Assembly (NCBI RefSeq): GCF_000400465.1
Contig: NW_008806276.1
Coordinates: forward strand, 20,001 to 268,000
Direction: 5' to 3'
Source of the DNA: Wallemia ichthyophaga EXF-994
Taxonomy: Eukaryota; Fungi; Basidiomycota
Length of the DNA stretch: 248,000 nucleotides
This document shows, piece after piece, positions 245,721-248,000 of this stretch. The stretch's first letter is position 1; the number at the start of each line of letters is the position of its first letter. The position numbers and the translations under genes are program-made. The notes under the pieces were generated by a model, which was given only the letters and a program-made list of their open reading frames with translations, made no database searches and was not told where the DNA came from.

Positions 245721-247087
245721 CACCGATACACACTTTCTCCCTTGACATATGTCGCCTTAACCTTCCCAGTGTATCTATCGACTATCACCAAATCCCCGTC
245801 TGAGCCTACATCTAAATTGCCTTTGTGTGTCAACTGAAGGAGTGATGCTGGGTGGTAGGAAGCGCATGCGAGTGCCCCACCGAAACACCTCGAGTTTGTG
245901 AATGACTTGAGATTCCTAACACATTCATCTAGCGTGCTAGCGCTTCCAGCGAGCGTGGTAGTGTTCTCCAAATACAGTCTAGCGCCCTGCTTGAATAGTC
246001 TCCTGCCATCGCGCCAGTCGTGGATACCGTCGCCGAGATGGGGGTCCATAAGGGGCATAGCGTCAGTTACGAGGATACACCCACTTGGATGAGCGTCATA
246101 AGCCAATCTTACAGCATTCGGATGAACATGCACGCCATCGACGATCAGCCCATAAAACGGCCTTTTCGGCTGATTGCCGAGCAAACCGATAACGCCGGGG
246201 TCACGGTGGTGCAGCTGCGGCATAGCGTTGAAAAGGTGCGTGATAAACCGCGCTCCGTCGTCCACACACTTACTCGCCAGGTCCACATCTGCATCTGAAT
246301 GTCCGATCGAGACGACAACGCCGGGCAGCTGCGCGAGAGGCGCAATTGCCCCAGCTATCCCATCCACATCTGGAGCTAGGGTGAGCAGCTTCACGCCGCT
246401 GTCGGGTGTACGCAGCTGCGTCGCTGCACTGTCATAAACTCCCTCGATCGAACTCAAACCCCGCGGCGCTGTGAGGAGGAACGGCGGCGCATGCGCTCCT
246501 TTTCGCGATCCTGCTATAAATGGCCCTTCGGCATGGTAGCCGAGGATGTGCGCTGAGTTTGCCTGCGAGCGTGGTCCAAGTAGCGGGATAATCTGGTGTG
246601 TTGGTGTTGGTGTTAGCGGCTTTCATCTTGGCGTAATCACTGTCTCCCACCTCCCGGTACAGATCTTGCTGCTGGGTTATTATCGTTGGCAGAAATGACG
246701 TCGTTCCGGTCTCAACTATCTTTCCAGCCACCCTGTCCAGCCCGGCGAGATACGCGTCCGTTTGCTCGTGCTTGCTCAAATTCTCAGTACCCAGTGGCGG
246801 CCACAGGCTGAAATCGAACCCATAAGCACCATTTATCTGGACATCTATCAACCCTGGCGAGAGTATATCACCAGCGCAATCGATTATTTGTGAAGGAAGC
246901 TCTTGGGCAGCGTAGAAAAAATCCTGTCCTGAGATGATTTTGCCCGTGTGCGTATCGACGTAGACATCCGCGTGGGCTAGCTGTGTGTTTGTGGTTAGTC
247001 GGGCGTGCTCTGCTCTACAATCACTATCACACCCACACTGCCATCACGTTGTAGACACACGCAGTTGGTGAACTTTGTTACTTTCAT
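245717..247087 (-). CDS. DAC1: N-acetylglucosamine-6-phosphate deacetylase
   Basis: IDVQINGAYG, HAEGPF, GHSDA, THLFNAM, DGVHVHP, LAGS. Confidence 0.92.
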
Positions 247088-247324
247088 TTCGTAGCTTCGA
247101 TTAGTTATCTTTATAGTTGTCACTATCGTTCACGTTCTCCTTTTCCTTCTCGTTCTCGGCCAACACGCTTAATGCGGCGTAAATGTGTTAATTTCTGATG
247201 ATGACGTCGTACGCTCCTCGCTGTTTTCGCCGGATGCGGTAAGATCTGATGAGCGAGTTTCGGTGGGGTTTTAATTGAATAACTGACGCGCGCTTTCTTT
247301 ACCAAGTAACATTCAACGACACAA

Positions 247325-248000
247325 ATGAGACTGATCATCCGCGACGATAAGCCAGCTGTTGGAGGTTTCACAGCCAACTACATAGCTAAGCGCATAAACG
247401 AGTTCCAGCCAACAAACGATCACCCGCGCTTCGTGCTTGGTTTGCCGACGGGCAGCTCACCACTGCCTGTCTACCACAAACTGATCGACCTGCACAACCG
247501 CGGAAAGGTCTCATTCAAGCATGTCATCACATTCAACATGGATGAGTATGTTGGTATTCCCAAGTCGCATCCTGAATCGTACCACTCGTTCATGTTTGAC
247601 AATTTTTTCAGCAAGGTGGATATAGAGTGAGTAGTCTCTCGAGAGTGTATTCACGTGATTTACAGCTTTACTAACAAGAAACACCGCGTAGACCACACAA
247701 CGCTCACATCCTCGACGGTGAAGCGGAGAATCTGGTAGAAGAGTGTGCGCGCTACGAAGAGAAGATCGAGGCTGTTGGCGGAATAGATCTGTTTTTAGGT
247801 GGAATAGGTGAAGATGGTCACATTGCATTCAATGAGCCTGGTTCATCGCTCGCTTCGCGCACGCGCATGAAAACATTGGCCTACGACACCATCGTTGCCA
247901 ATGCGCGTTTCTTCGACAACGATATAGCCAAAGTACCCAAGATGGCTCTCACAGTGGGCATAGCGACGGTGATGGATGCACGTGAGGTTATAATCGTAAT
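247325..248000 (+). CDS. NAG1: Glucosamine-6-phosphate deaminase (runs off window end)
   Basis: [33 protein letters not shown]. Confidence 0.94.

Overview
Eukaryotic, intron-containing, extremely gene-dense fungal chromosome segment. About 140 protein-coding loci, introns mostly about 45-60 nt, several head-to-head genes with start codons under 60 bp apart. Gene content and compaction, plus class I hydrophobins, point to a basidiomycete of the Wallemia type; this is inference, no database was used. Most of the window is ordinary housekeeping sequence (POL2, PRP6, SEC16, SRP54, ribosomal proteins, ERMES subunits, etc.). Two accessory regions stand out. (1) About 45-67 kb: a nested segmental duplication carrying a Kex2-type repeat-peptide precursor, a possibly toxin-like secreted protein with a hypervariable C-terminus, a secreted D/K/H-rich protein with an 87-bp VNTR (2, 10 and 1 full units in the three copies), agmatinase and permease pseudogenes, and nearby Zn2Cys6 and RTA1 genes. 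(2) About 169.9-173.3 kb: a tRNA-Arg(ACG) gene whose 3' half lies upstream of its 5' half (circularly permuted, an arrangement I know from some algae, a nucleomorph and an archaeon, but not from fungi), together with non-LTR retrotransposon remnants sitting just upstream of tRNA genes. Exon boundaries and some start codons were read by eye and are approximate where stated.
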